Shown: positions 48,901-62,300, counted from the first letter of the stretch. The stretch: DNA of 64,000 bases from Klebsormidium nitens (GCA_000708835.1 DF236992.1:204513-268512); one strand, 5' to 3'. Notes: generated by a model not told the origin, from the sequence alone. Numbers and translations are program-made.

Positions 48901-51900
48901 GCGCAACCTCGACCAGGTTCTTGCATTAGGAGATTTGTGTGAACGCTCGATGAGAACCTCTGCTGAATGGAAGTCCGTATATACCTCGCCGCTCGCTCTC
49001 GTTTGTCTCACCGTACCGTAAATGGGGCACCACTCAGCCGAGCACCAGACAAGTAATGAGAAGGTACCATAACGAAGGAAAGACATGGCAGAATAAACCG
49101 CAAGCGGCAGCAGGAACACAAAGAGGGACAAACGAAAGCGAAGATAAGTGGCACACGCATCTTAGCAAATCTGACGCCGATTCTGGTCACCAACGCTCAC
49201 TACATTAAGTGTGACCGACAGCGACAGAACGAAAAAGGCAAAGGGACGCGGCTGTCGCGCGACGCACAGCGAACCTGCTGCAGGTCGTAGTGGTTCGTGT
49301 CTAGGCGGCGCAGCCGAATATAAAGCGGTTTAGAGAAACGGAATAAGGGATCAGAGAGAAACAACCGAAAAAAGGGAAATGACAGCGACGGAACGAGAAA
49401 GTCACGAGTGTGCTGCAACGCCCCAGTGGATCTGCAGAAGGTCTAAGTACTCCATGCCCAAGCAGAAAGATCACGCACAAACAACAGAAATAGGCACAAA
49501 GAGAGACAGAAACGAAGGCACAAACATTGCATTCACAAAACGAGGAACTCAGAGTGTTCTGCCACGCACCAGTGAATTTGCAGCAAGTCAATGTGGTCGG
49601 TGCCCAGGCGGCGCAGGCTCTTCTCCACGCTCTCCTTGACGTTCTTGCGGTCCACCGCCGGGACCTCCCCGCCGTCTCGGAGCCAGTTGATGCGGTCGCT
49701 GCGGCCGGCGACCTTGGTCGCTACAATTACCTGTTAGAAGGGGACGGGGTTACGAACAACCGTTGAGGAGCGGTCAAACAAAGGGTCAAGGTTGTGGATT
49801 CACGCAGGTACGGAAACGGGCGCTCGACTGACGTTTTAGTAGTCGATTGGCGTCTTCGTTTGGAGACGGAAGTTGGTTTAAGAACGGGTTGGAGGCTCGG
49901 TTTGCAGACTGGTCGGAACTTTTGTCGAAGGCATTGTAAGGAAATAGTTGATCCAGAGTCGAGCTGAGTTGATAATTCCGAACCGGAGGTGAGTAGATTC
50001 GACAAGAGAGGTGGAAGATCAGTCCAGAATTTGTTGGAGGGCTCGACCAGACTATCTATCCATGCCCGCAATCGTCCGAAAAGGAGCATCGGCGAGTTGC
50101 TTCCCGAGGATCATCAGCAAACAAAGGAAAACGGAAGGATGCTTTGAACGGTCTCCCCTGCAGATCGGAATACCTAATGCTCGTAGGCCATATGCTCACG
50201 TCAAGTATGACAAATCTGATCCAGACTCTTATTTGAAGGAAGGGGCAAAAACGTAAGTACACTCCACAATGTATAACCCCGAGCTCAAAGACTATTCGGA
50301 CTCGGCTAGATCCACTTATAGACAGGTCGATCAAAACTACAATCAACAATAATTGGCTGGATAAACCTTCTGAATATCCAGATTCCCACCTTGTCTCTAG
50401 GCTGCGACTTGAGCCAGGTTGATATGTATCTGTCTGTGCTCCCCTGGGTGTCTGGACCGGGAGGAACTGGGTACTGTAAGAAGAAGGTCGTTGATTGGTC
50501 GCACTTGTCAAACAGAATGTCAATGGGATGCTCAAAAATGCAGTATCAGCCAATGTTAGAATGAGGAAAGTTTCGTGGCCAGTTCCCGTCCCCTAGCTGC
50601 TGCAATATCACTGGATGGATAACAGGAGAAAAAGCAAGAGCCTTAAGGTTACTGTAAGGCATATGTTGACAGCTTCGAGGACTCTAGTGGTGACAGTGTC
50701 AGAGTACTAGAGTTTCCATTACAGTCCCAGGCGGACACCCCATTAACGAATCAATCTCAAGATGCCACTGACTATTCTCAGTGCCTTAACATGAAGTCAG
50801 TGCTCTTATCGATTTCATACCAGCACGCATTTCTCCACAGTTTTATGACACAACCGTTCTCACCAGACCTGCTAGCCCCTTTGTCAAAGGTTTTGAAAGG
50901 TGGTCTGTCAATGGCACTTAGTTCAGAAACTGGTCAATTTGGACTACCAAACAGACCACTTGATGAACCTGAGGGCCAGGAACTCTTCACTAAGAATACA
51001 GCAGACTGTCAGAGAATTGCAGGTAGATCTTGCACAGACAGGCTCCACTGCAGTAGATGCCAACGAGACCTAGCCTAGAAAACCTTCAGCAAAGAGAAGT
51101 GTGTTGAATGTGCTTTTACTTGATGAAACTTGAGCTGACACAGTGCATTCCTGGAGAAAGAGAGAGAAATCTTACCATCTCTGCACTGTCAAAGATGTTG
51201 ATCCCCTGGTCAAATGCATATGACAGCTGCTCGTGTGCTTCCTTCTCCGTGTTCTGGTTGCCCCACGTCATCTGCACCGGCTTTCAGTCAAGGCGAAATA
51301 GCAAATTGCTGCCAATATAGACTGCACCACCGATGCATCATGGAAAACACTCTGCTCCCCATACCCGGTCTGATACATCCAGAGTCACCGGACGTCTGAT
51401 ATGGTGGTATAGCAGTGGCTGCAGACAAAACTGATCAAAGCGACCAAGTCACCACTACAAAGAGATCTATGCAGAGCGCCACGTGTGGCTGCCAGCCTCC
51501 ACAAGCGCTGCCCAACGGAGTGTCAAGCGGAGACAAGCGCTCGACCAACTCCGGGACTGACACCGCATGCAGAGTCTACCCAAGGAAACTGAGTGATGCT
51601 GTGAGGATACAGTCCCAAGCGTGATCTCGCTGATCATCAGGTCCGACTCCCCCAGCTTGTTGTACTTGAGCGCCTGCTTCACCCCCACTTGTTCCGCCAC
51701 CCTGGCCCTCGGTGTGGCCCTTTGCGGACCACTCCTGGTTGCAGCATTCTGTTGAAGACTGAGACGCCGCTGGCTTTTCAAAAGATCGTTGTGCAGGAAA
51801 TTTGAAGAGGGAGCTGATGATGCGCTGTGGTATCGCCAGGGTGCAATGCTGCCAACGGCGTTCACTGACGCGGTGCATGCTTTTGGGGCTTGACAGCTGC

Positions 51901-51952
51901 TCTTGATGCCGCCTGGACCAACAACATTGCAGAGCGCAGTAGTGGAAGCCAT
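45909..51952 (-). CDS. tas: Tas-like NADP(H)-dependent aldo-keto reductase with N-terminal transit peptide
   Basis: Motifs LGESDLMISEITLGTMTWGNQN, GINIFDSAEMYPVP, VATKVAG, LRRLGTDHIDLLQIHWPDRY, GVSNETSYG, IQNNYSLL, LLAYSPLTGGALSGKY, IIGATSMAQLKENL and YRDPTLF*. Confidence 0.92.
49200..49616 (-). repeat. Decayed tandem copies (at least three, ~150 bp period) of an AKR exon 3' end plus donor and intron start
   Basis: Functional junction at 49570. Copies at about 49418-49465 and 49262-49313 align at roughly 73-75% by manual count. Confidence 0.8.
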
Positions 51953-53244
51953 CCTGAAAGATCTAAACTGTTGTCTGCTGGAGCTGGCTTTTTGAATGGA
52001 TGATGTGTTTTTCGATCCACCTCCTAATATGAATCAATCAAGTTCTGAGCCCAGAAGAGCCCTGGAGGTACCTACTTTACATCTTTAATACACTGGTTCC
52101 GGACGCCTCCAGGCTCCAGAGTCCAGGGCTGTCGGACACTTCCGAGACCGATTGAAGTGCAGAGCTCAAACTGCCTCTCACAAGCGTCCGATTCGTCCGG
52201 AATCCTGTCCGACGAAACCGAACTCTAGCCAGCTAGAGCAACTTGAACAATTCATAGCCGTCGCGACCGGCCGCGCCGGCTCCGTGCGCGCGCGCAAGCA
52301 CCAGTACTTGCTGCATTAGTCAATAGTCAATATAGTTTCCATGGTACGTCGTGAGTTCCTGCTGGCCGCTTGTTGGATCTTGGAGTTCATCACGGCTTTT
52401 GCAAATTTGAGCAGAAATACCGTCGGGAAGGAAATGATCCATTCAAGCGAGGAAAAGGCGCACTATCTCTCATCGAGCTAGAACTTCGAATCTATTAATC
52501 GAAGTATCTAGATTGTCGGAGGCGGTCATGTTGACGTCCTTGTCCAGCGGCACGCTCAGGGACTGCATGTCAAGCAGAACTCCTTCCCATATCTCATCCC
52601 ACCTCATATTAGCAATTGCCTCCTCCTTGACACTAGTACGTACTGCTTGTCTCGCTTACATAAGCTGACAAGCATGTGCAGCAACGAGAATCAAAAAGGC
52701 TTTTCCTCCTGTTGACCAAGAGGAACGATGAAAGGTGGTGCATGAAGCACTCAGCTGATACGCATCGTATCGACGTGTCGAGTGACAATTATCTACATGG
52801 AAATCAAAGTGGGCTTTATAAATCATCACTAGTAGATCCGGTAGCGTGCATCCAAATGACTAACTAACACGTACCTTATTCTCTTTCTCAACTTTCCTTC
52901 TTGCTCAACCCCTCAACTGTGACTCATACGGTCGAGGAGAATTTAAAGATGAAAGTTCTTGTGTCGAAGGAAAAGCTTGCACCCCTAAGTCTCAATTACG
53001 AACCACCTTGCGCTCTCCAAGGCGGAAGTTAAGACCCGATGCAAAGCTCCGCCCCTTAAACAAACGCTGCACCATTACATTCCTCTTCTATATAGCTTTA
53101 AACAGTAAGCCTAGTCTTACTTGACTGGACGCCCTAACTGCAACCCTACTACCTACAGATAACCGAGTGTAGATGCACTAAGGCCAAGTCCCAAACGGCC
53201 ATTCTGCCAAATGTATTACGGACTGATGCCCGCAACCCGGCCCT

Positions 53245-56200
53245 TCACTCCCTCGGTTTCACCAACAGCTTTGGATTCGGGAGCGGCAGGCTCACGAAGC
53301 CTTGGACCTTCGACTGGGGCGCCCCTTGCCCCGGGCTTAGCTCCACTTCAAAGTTCTCCAACAAATGCGACAGGATCGTCCGTGCCTCGAAGAGGGCGAT
53401 GTTGCGCCCGGGGCACGCCCGCAGGCCCTGCCCGAACGCAAGCACGAGGCGCTCCTTTCCAACCGGGCGGACGTCCTTCGTAGCGACCACTGCGCAGAAA
53501 GCGAGGGAATAGATTTGGTGGGACGTCATCACCGGGGAACAGGAGCGATGAAGTGGCTGACGCTACGATTGGGGAAACGAAACGACTGTAGGTCGCCGCG
53601 ACTCTTGCAAGACAGTAACTTCAGAAAGCGCGAAGGAAAGTTGGTCCTACGGAATATGTGCAGAACTCTGCAGCACTGTTTGGTGGCTGCAACGCTCGAG
53701 CTGACCATTGTGAGTTTCCGGCCCTTTCACGTAGCATCGAGGAAGACTGCCCACTACAGCCAAATACAGCAGATCAAGTACGACATGGTCCATCAGCCCG
53801 AAATAACTTCCACAAATCAGTCCTTAAAGGCTGCCATCCGCGTCCGCGGACAAATGAGCAGGGGCCTCGAAGACGGGCACAGGGCTCGAGTACGTAAACG
53901 ACCCAAGGGCCGACACCGTACGCAAACCGGACCTAGTCTAACAAGCGAAGTCAGCACAACCTCAAAGGAACCGATGGTAAACTCGGTGAACTCACCCTCC
54001 GTCTCGTCGGACGAACGCGCGGGCGCCTGGCGGACGAAACGCTCAGGGACGAAAGACGAGGCGTCCGGTCCCCAGACCTGCGGGTCGCGCTGCATCGCAC
54101 CAACCGGGATGACAACGGTCGTCTTAGCCGGGATGACGATGTCCCCAATCTGCAGGCGCGTTACGACAGTGTTAGGAAGGGAGCTTTGGAGTTCAATTTC
54201 CAATTTCCGAAGTGCCGTTCTAGCAGTGCTGCAGGACTTAATGCGGGCAGAATGCTACTTTGCTTTGATAGCCAATTGATATGCCGGACAAAATTTTGAA
54301 GGCATGGCACGAGAGATACGGATGCAAGATTTTGATGATGTTGGAACTGCAGGAGAACGAGAAGACTGCCACGTCGACAAATGCTTCCGGACCACGGATC
54401 CGCTTCATCCCTCCCTTGCGGTGTTGCACGGCTCTCAGAAAAGGGCGGATGCGAAGGGCCAGAAAGGAAAAGAACTGAACGGAGCCGAGACAAAGTACTA
54501 AACCATTCCGTCCACCAGATTGAGCTTAATGGAAGCAAACACTGGCTCTGCTAGGCGGACGCAAGCGAGAACCTTCACAGACCCCGGTCCAGAGCCATGG
54601 CCCGCCAGCGCTCTGACCTTGAGCGGCGACTCAAGCTTCCGGTAGATGTTCGGCTGCGGCGGGTGCAGCCGCAGCGTCTCCCAGAGCACCGCGGCCAGGT
54701 AGTCCGCATTCCACACCGCGTCTTCCGTCGAGGCCCCGTCCTCGCACGCGGCCTCCACGTCCCAGGCTGCCTTCGTCTGTGCCTCCGGGTGCCGCGCCAG
54801 CTCGTACAGGGCCCACGCGAGAAGGCTCGCGACCGGTGCGAGGCCCCCGAAGACCAGGGCCGTGACCTGGCCGGAAAGATTTGCATTTTAGGAATAGTAC
54901 GCTTTGAATATCGTAAAGTAACCAGCCGGCGAGGGGTGGGGTTGGTTAGAAATACCCGAACCCAGTACAGGTGTGGAGCAGGTGCAAGTGTCAGGGTTGG
55001 CTTTTCCGGCTTACGGTGGAGCTTGCTACACCTAAAGCTCATCAAACTTGAATTAGGGACATACCTGGTCCCCCATCGCCCGCTTGGAACCGATGATTGG
55101 AAAGCCTGACGCGGTCCGCGCGTGTGCCACGTTGCCGATGAAGTCGAGCGCGCGGCCGCCGGAGTAGGGCGGCTTCTGGGCCGCCTGCCCAACGGTCGCC
55201 TCGGCGCGTTTCTCGGTCTCGGCGCGCTCGACGGCGGCAATCTGGAGCCGAGAGGGTTTTGCAGATTCCGTACAAAGGAAAGTTCGGCGGTCTCAATGAA
55301 GGCCAACTTTGACGAAAGGAGAGAGGCCTACCGACAACCCTGCCAACGTTGCAGCTGCTCGAATCGGTTGAGACACTGCTTCTGCACATATCAGTGTCAG
55401 GTGGCCAATAACCTGGACTTCCGAGCGCGCTGGGTCATATTTGGATATGGTAAAAGATGGCACTTTTCACAAGTCCCTAGGCAATTTCACCTGGAGCAGC
55501 TAGGATAGCGTCCAATCTGTCGATAAACATGGTCTTAGCGGCTCTCTCGTTGTGCTTGATACATGGGCTTACGATGTCACAACAAAGAACGGCCTCCTCA
55601 TGAGGTTGGGTCCCTTCCCTGGGTGACCAACTCAGCACAGCGGTAACCAATATCACCATTCTCCAGGCACAATGCCTCTTCTTTATACAGTCCGCCAGAG
55701 AAGGCAAAAAAGAGACTGAAACTCCTGCGAACAACACGCTAAAACGGGTAGACCTCGACATCATTCAACATCAGCCTTTGCAAACAGCAAGCCACGTCGG
55801 AAGTCGGACAGTGTTTCCCATGCCCTCAGCGGGTTCACTACATCCCCTTACACAACTGTCCAGCAGATGCAAGAAGTACAGTTCTCAAATCAAACCGGAC
55901 GAACGAAGCAAGAAGAAAGAAGAAGAAGCAACTCAAAAATGTCCAAGTCCAGCTGCAACGTAAAAGACAATCGCTTGGGCCGCTCACCAGGTTCCACGAG
56001 ATCTCGCTGAGCCGGAAGATGCTCGCCTTCCAGAGCCAGTAGCTGGGGAACAGCAGGCGCAGCGGGAGGCTCCAGCGGCGCCAGCGGTCGGCCCCCGCCG
56101 CTGCGCGCAGCAGGTGCTTTGCGTAGTTCTTCGCTTCGTTGGCCGTCAACTTCGAGCCGAAGAGGGAGCGGAGGAGCGTTCCGGACGAGAGGAGAAGCGA

Positions 56201-57972
56201 GTCCGCTAGGGCGTCCACCTGCAAGCAACATGGACGTTTAGATCGGTCGGTCGTCGTTGGGTGATGAATACTGGAGGGAAAAAGAGAGGGGGACGGGTGG
56301 GGCAGAAAAGAAGTTAGTGGGGGAGCCGAAGCCGAAAGCTTGGTCCTGATCCTATGCCTTTCGGAAGCACGTGAATGCTGGCGCCCTGAAGAGGAACAAT
56401 TCAGCATGAGCCAAGCGAGTGCTTCTCGTTGGACACGCAGACACTTGCATGGAGTCTGAGATTATTGTGGCCCGAGTGCTATTGATTACTTTCAGTACAT
56501 GCATTGACTGTTGCGGATTTGAGTCGAAGTGAGCCGCGTCAAAATCCTCTTGTTAACGATTGAACGGACCACTGCTCTTATCACGAAGCTTAAAAACAAC
56601 TGAAGCGACCAAAGGAATGCGAGCACTGCAAACGGGCACCTCAATTCTTCACAGTGAATGCGGCTCACCTCTTTGCCCCCCTCCACTGCGGCATGCCAGC
56701 TGTCTGTGACTGGCCGGACCCCCTCGTCGGCTGCCTCCGCAACAATAGGGTAGGGGTTGCTGGCCCCTACTTCCCCAGAGAACAGTTTGCGCAGCACCAG
56801 ACGGAGGTGTCTGCAAAAGAAGCAGAGGAGATGAAGAAAAGCAGGGGGCAAAGAAGGTGGGCAAGGGAAAAGAGGAAACTGAGCCTACAAAGAACTGGAT
56901 AGAAGGTGAACGCAAGCATTTGCGTAAGGCTTACATGTCTCGCAACTGATAACGTGCAATCTTCTTGGCGCTGCTCGTTCAGGATACTAATGGGAGCTAC
57001 CGTTTAGGGAAGGCATAGTAGGAGGCACGAAAAAGCAGATGCGAAGGCCGCCGCCCTTACTTTCCGTCGTCCGCTTGCTTCAATTGCATGGCTTCTGAGT
57101 TCAGGACGGACTTGAGAGATGTGTCGACAGCGGCGGAGGAGCCAGGCACGGTCTCCAAAATCGCCGTTGCATACACAGGGTTGGCAACGGAGACCCACAG
57201 GTGCTGCAAAAGGCAAAGACACTTTGCTGTTTCTCGTCTGATCCCACTTTCCTTTCTGGAGTAGAGCCTTTGAACCTTAAAATGCCCTTGTGTCAAGAGG
57301 CACCTGGAAAGGAAGTAATTTGACCTCAGCCGAAGCAGATTATTGCAGCCATTGGGCTTAATCTTCTGATAGACTTAGTGAAGAGGAACCCAAACACAGC
57401 CAATACCAGCATGATTTTTAACAACAGTCAGAATATGTGAACATGCTACCGTCACCTCCAACTTCTGGTGTAAGTCCTGGTGTATATGCAGGTACCAGTC
57501 TGCATGATAGGATGAGGGCCTCACAACTCACCACCCACAGGTAAGCTCCGTTATTACCTCTGACACTATGAAGTGGAGGTCTATACTTTGAAACAGAAAG
57601 GCAGTGCCTGCTGATTGCTGGTGGTGCAAGCAAAGGGCAAGAGCATACCTTTCCTATCCAGAACCTTGCAAGGAGTCCGTACTCATGGTGGAGCGCCGAC
57701 AAGAAGGGTGTCGGGTCACCCACACTACCACCCCCAGCCATAAAGGCCTTCTTGTGACTCTTCCGCCCCCATCTACCCCTCGAGTCTGGCCCTGGGATGC
57801 GTTCCCCCAGCTTGTGATTCTCAATCCTATTCAAAATGGTGCCGACGATGGTGGGTAGGATGACAAGCAGCAAGAGGAGGGTTGCAGAGATAGTCAGCGC
57901 CTGGGGAAGCTCGGTTGAGTAGAAGTAGTCGACTACGTCCGAGAAGCGGAAGGGTTCGTCCAAAGGCTCCAT
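53245..57972 (-). CDS. Cytochrome P450 with non-canonical I-helix (possibly CYP727-clan-like); middle exons only partly resolved
   Basis: N-terminal TM anchor followed by IPGP, K-helix ETLR, FVPERF and heme motif FGQGLRACPG. The I-helix reads VFGGLAPVASLL. Confidence 0.88.
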
Positions 57973-59370
57973 GCTGATGTGGTGCACCTGGAGCAAGAGC
58001 AATAGGTCATTTGCAAAGGCGTAGCCAGCATGTTTGTTGAGGGTGTCATAAAGATACGTAGAAGGGCTTTGATACTGCTTTTCAAGAGTGCTTGGCATGA
58101 CAAGTAACAGAAACTGCAGTATGCTACCAACTGCCTCACAGGGCCTTGCGGTAAATCTCCAAAGGGCCCACTGCGATCACACTCATGTACTTTGATTTGG
58201 ACCGACGTAATGTTGTTCTGCATAATACATGTCACATTCTGAATTCAAGTTTTGTTGCAGGCCGTATATATTAGTACACGGCAGCATTGCAGCAATTCGT
58301 GTTTGCCAGTCTGACACTGATACACGACGTTCTTGCTTCATTGCGTCTTTGATCTTGGTTACCACCGCAGGTGTTTTTGGCGGCCCGCTTGTTGTTGAAA
58401 ATGGTGAGACTTACCTTCAACTATAAGATCAAGGAATGGTCTCCAAAACCGCTGCTCATTGCATCTGTGATGATGACTCAAGCCGCACTTGATCGTTGAC
58501 TCTTCAGCATCAATGAATTGGTCTCCTTGCAGCCAGATGGTGCCAACCCCTTTATTCCCCAGCCACCTTTCTGTTCCTAGCTAGCCACGGCGGTCTCAGC
58601 TGCGCCATGTTCTGCACAAAAGTGGTAGAATCGCATGATGCATCATCTCGACTCGTATTACGAGTCGTATAAAGGCCTGATACATGGATGCAAAGCCGGC
58701 AATGCAGCCAAATTGAAATGCAGAAGCGGGGCAGAAGCGTGCTCTTCTCTAATTTGGCAAGACGGTTGTCATCGAAATTTAGGGCTGGATCTTGCGGTCA
58801 TCTTCATGGTTCAGAATAATGTTCATCGGACGACGCAGATAAGCTTCATGAAGCCCCTACTACAGATCGACGACTTAAAGTAGCGTAATACGTGTTCTCA
58901 GATCTCGCGACAGGGAATGTCTTATCTGATGACCGAATCACATGGTGGAAGACAACGCAGCGTGCACGCCGTAATATCTGCCCTGTCGCCGCGAAACGAA
59001 GATCACGCCGAGAGGAAGCAATCATTTTGGCGCCAAAAGCTTGTCCTGTAACGCACAGTCGATCTAAAATCAGAAGCTTCGAGAACGTTACAGCCGGAGA
59101 GTAAACCGAAGCACCCACGAGCCGCCAGGAGCGGCGACCACGATTGAATCAGCTCTGGATCTGATGTCAGACGATCATTCATGAGGCATTCCCTTGCCGG
59201 TCCCGGCATGGCTTCCTTCCAACGTTGATACGCAAGCACTGGCAGTGGCATGGCAAGACGGTTGAGTGGACCTTACACCAGCTGGAGGTCTGGGATGCGG
59301 TTCTGCATGCTCTGAAGACCGCCTTCAGCAGGTTGTTAGATAGCAAGACACACATGGGCTTACGTGAAGT

Positions 59371-62300
59371 ATGCCGCAATTGCGGAGCAGCGGACGCCAA
59401 CTTCGTGCTGCAGCTGCAAAGGCTTTGGCCAGAGGCTTCGCCGAGCCCAAAGTAAATTCTGGTGACAAGAAGCCACCTCAAGCCCCGCCTAAGAGACAGA
59501 AGCAGGGAGCGCCAATCCAGGAAGACCAACAGGAGAAGAGGGACGGTTGCAAGGACAAGAACGAGTTGCATTGCGGTCCTGCTGCTGTTGTGCAGCTTGG
59601 CTTGCCTGAGACTCTAGATAGTGAAAGTCCAGCCGCAGGAGAAAATCAGGAGTCAGCTGGAAACCAAGATCTGCTTGAAAGATCTCATAGCTCGCAAAGT
59701 TCTTCGAGAGAGTCGTCCTCTGAGGCAGGAAGGGAAGCCAGTGGAAGCGAAGAGAGGGAAGAAATGGAAGAGGAGAGCGAGAAGAAGAGTGGGGACAAGG
59801 CTGCAGCAGGAGAGGAAGAAGGAAACACTGCGCCTCTACCAGAGAGGGTATGTGGCATCCTTGCTTCTCAGTGTGGCATCCTTGCTTCTCAGATTGTCCA
59901 ACCTTTGGAGGCAGCAGGATGTAGCATTAGGCACTGTTTCAATGATAGGTTGCTGTCAACTTGGTTCTTCTCTATATACGGCTCCTAACTGGGCTTGTAC
60001 TTTGGGTGGAAGCTGTCGTGCCACAGTTAATAGGTTCTTGTTGTTGTTGGCTGCAACCTAATCTACATTCTGGATGCAGGTGCAAGTGGGTGGCTCTCCT
60101 GTCTACAAAATTGACAGGAAGCTTGGTAAAGGTGGCTTTGGACAGGTCTATGTTGGGCGGAGAATAAGCGGAGGAACAGAGCGGATAGGTCCTCAGGCAG
60201 TAGAGGTGGGACCCTTTTCGAAAGAGCTCGTATCTTTTGAGAGCTAATTTGTGGAGGAGAGTGTCATTTTGGTGCGCGTTCATGACTATCTGCTTCAGAG
60301 GTTCTGGAAGACGTTGCATCCAAATTTCTCTGTGCAGCAGAGCACTTGCCTCGAGGAGCGCCTCTCGGTGGTCCCCCTGACTTTCAGGGAGGTCGTTTCT
60401 TGCAGGTTGCTCTCAAATTTGAGCACAGGTCGAGTAAGGGGTGCAATTATGGGCCACCCTATGAGTGGCAGGTGTATGAGTGAGTCAGCTTACGCTGGTT
60501 ATTGGTAACAGTTGCATAGCGCGCTGCATGTTGGCTTGTCTCTGTGACGGGTGCATCATCATAATTGGTATGGCTCATGTGGGCATGCTTTTACATTTCT
60601 TCATGTGGTCATAAGCCGCTTGAGTGCAGGGTTCCGGCTGCTGTATTTTGGACCTTTTCTAAATTGTCTCTACGGACTTCGTGCAGTACTCTTGGAGGGA
60701 GCCATGGGGTTCCAAGGGTGCACTACAAAGGTCGGCAGGGAGATTTCTACGTCATGGTCATGGACATGCTTGGCCCAAGTCTCTGGGACTACTGGAACTC
60801 TGCAGGGCAAGCGTAAGTTTCTCTGCCTGCAAGCAATTTCATTTATCTTACGAGTACTTATTTTGCTGCGGCCAATTGCAGACTGTTTTAAGTGACGCCT
60901 CCGCTTCAGCTCAAGCTAGACTGCTGTCAGGCTACTTCTCTGGCAGCTTTTGCAGCTGTTGACCGGCCTTTCTTTGCTCCTTTGGTCAATCGCTTTTAAC
61001 CTCGTGGCCTGCGCGGAGTTCCAAGCAGCAGCATTCCATCTTGACCCCAATGGAACCGAAGAGCATCGGAACCCAGCAGTGCTATTACAGAAAGTGCCAC
61101 AGCATCCACTATTCAGTGGTGGTTTTGCCGAGCGGAATCGTCTAATTGTCTCTTTTCTGGTCGCAGAATGTCGACGGAGATGGTTGCGTGCATAGCCATA
61201 GAAGCCCTTTCCATCTTGGAGAAGCTCCATTGCAGAGGGTACGTGCCGCTCTTTTTCACGTTTGCCTTTGCGCTGGATTTGGTTCGCTGTCAATGCCTGA
61301 TCTGCGTCGAGCATGTGTTCTACTTCAAGTAGAAGACATCGTGCAAAAAAGCAATCATACAGTGCCCTAAATTTGGTAGGAACAAGATTCAAGGATGGGG
61401 TTGGTGACATGCTGCACGAGCTGGTGTCTTCTGCTTCAGCCAATCAGAGTTGCTCTTGACTGCATTTTCGAATAATATGTTGATTAGGCCCAGGAACTCT
61501 CTTGGCTGGATCTGTGACACCAGGGCTAGTAGTATCCACCAAGGCGCCTGCGCTTTTATCGTCCCCTGCACTGTTGCTCTCGACAGCTGCTGATGTCAAG
61601 CCCTTTCAGAGCTGGCATTGGGCTGTGTTGCATGATGCCATCAGCTGATTTGTGCCTAGTTTTGAGCTGCACGTACTCCTTGCAGGTACGTGCATGGTGA
61701 CGTGAAGCCTGAGAATTTTCTCATGGGCACGCCTGGCACAGTGGATGAGAAGAAGCTGTTCCTGGTAGATCTGGGGTTGGGTAAGTTGGATGTAGGATTT
61801 AATTTCTTTATTCATCATTCGTGGCTTGTCAACAATGTAGAGGCTTTCAAGCCTAGCTGAAACTCCAGTTCTGCGCTTGCAACTCAATTTTGCTGTATTC
61901 TTAAGAGATGTGGCTGATGGGTATGAACATGTTCGCTTCATCCCTTTTCTGGTTGCAGATTGATGCAGGGCATGATTGTCTTGATTGGTGATATGCGATT
62001 CGTGATGTTTGATTTTTCTGAGGTTGTGGCCAACGTTGGAAGCGTGGGTAATCTTGCAGGCTGGAAGGCTAGTTTTCTGTTGCTCTGACTTCATCCGACG
62101 TCTCGTGCGTGCAGCAACCAGGTGGCAAGACGAGTACACGGGGGAGCATGTCCAGTATGATCAGAGGCCCGATGTGTTCAGGTACTGCGCCCCGCCACCT
62201 GCCCTGTTGACAACTCTCCCATCTTTTGGCTTGCAGCAACCAAGTGGAGAGACAGCATTGGCGGGGGTCATGTCGACTATGACCAGCGGCCCGATGTGTT

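Noticed and set aside
53365-55306. ORFs 53365-54279 (+), 54597-55109 (+) and 54575-55306 (-)
   Set aside because: Antisense or off-frame overlaps of the P450 exons and introns.
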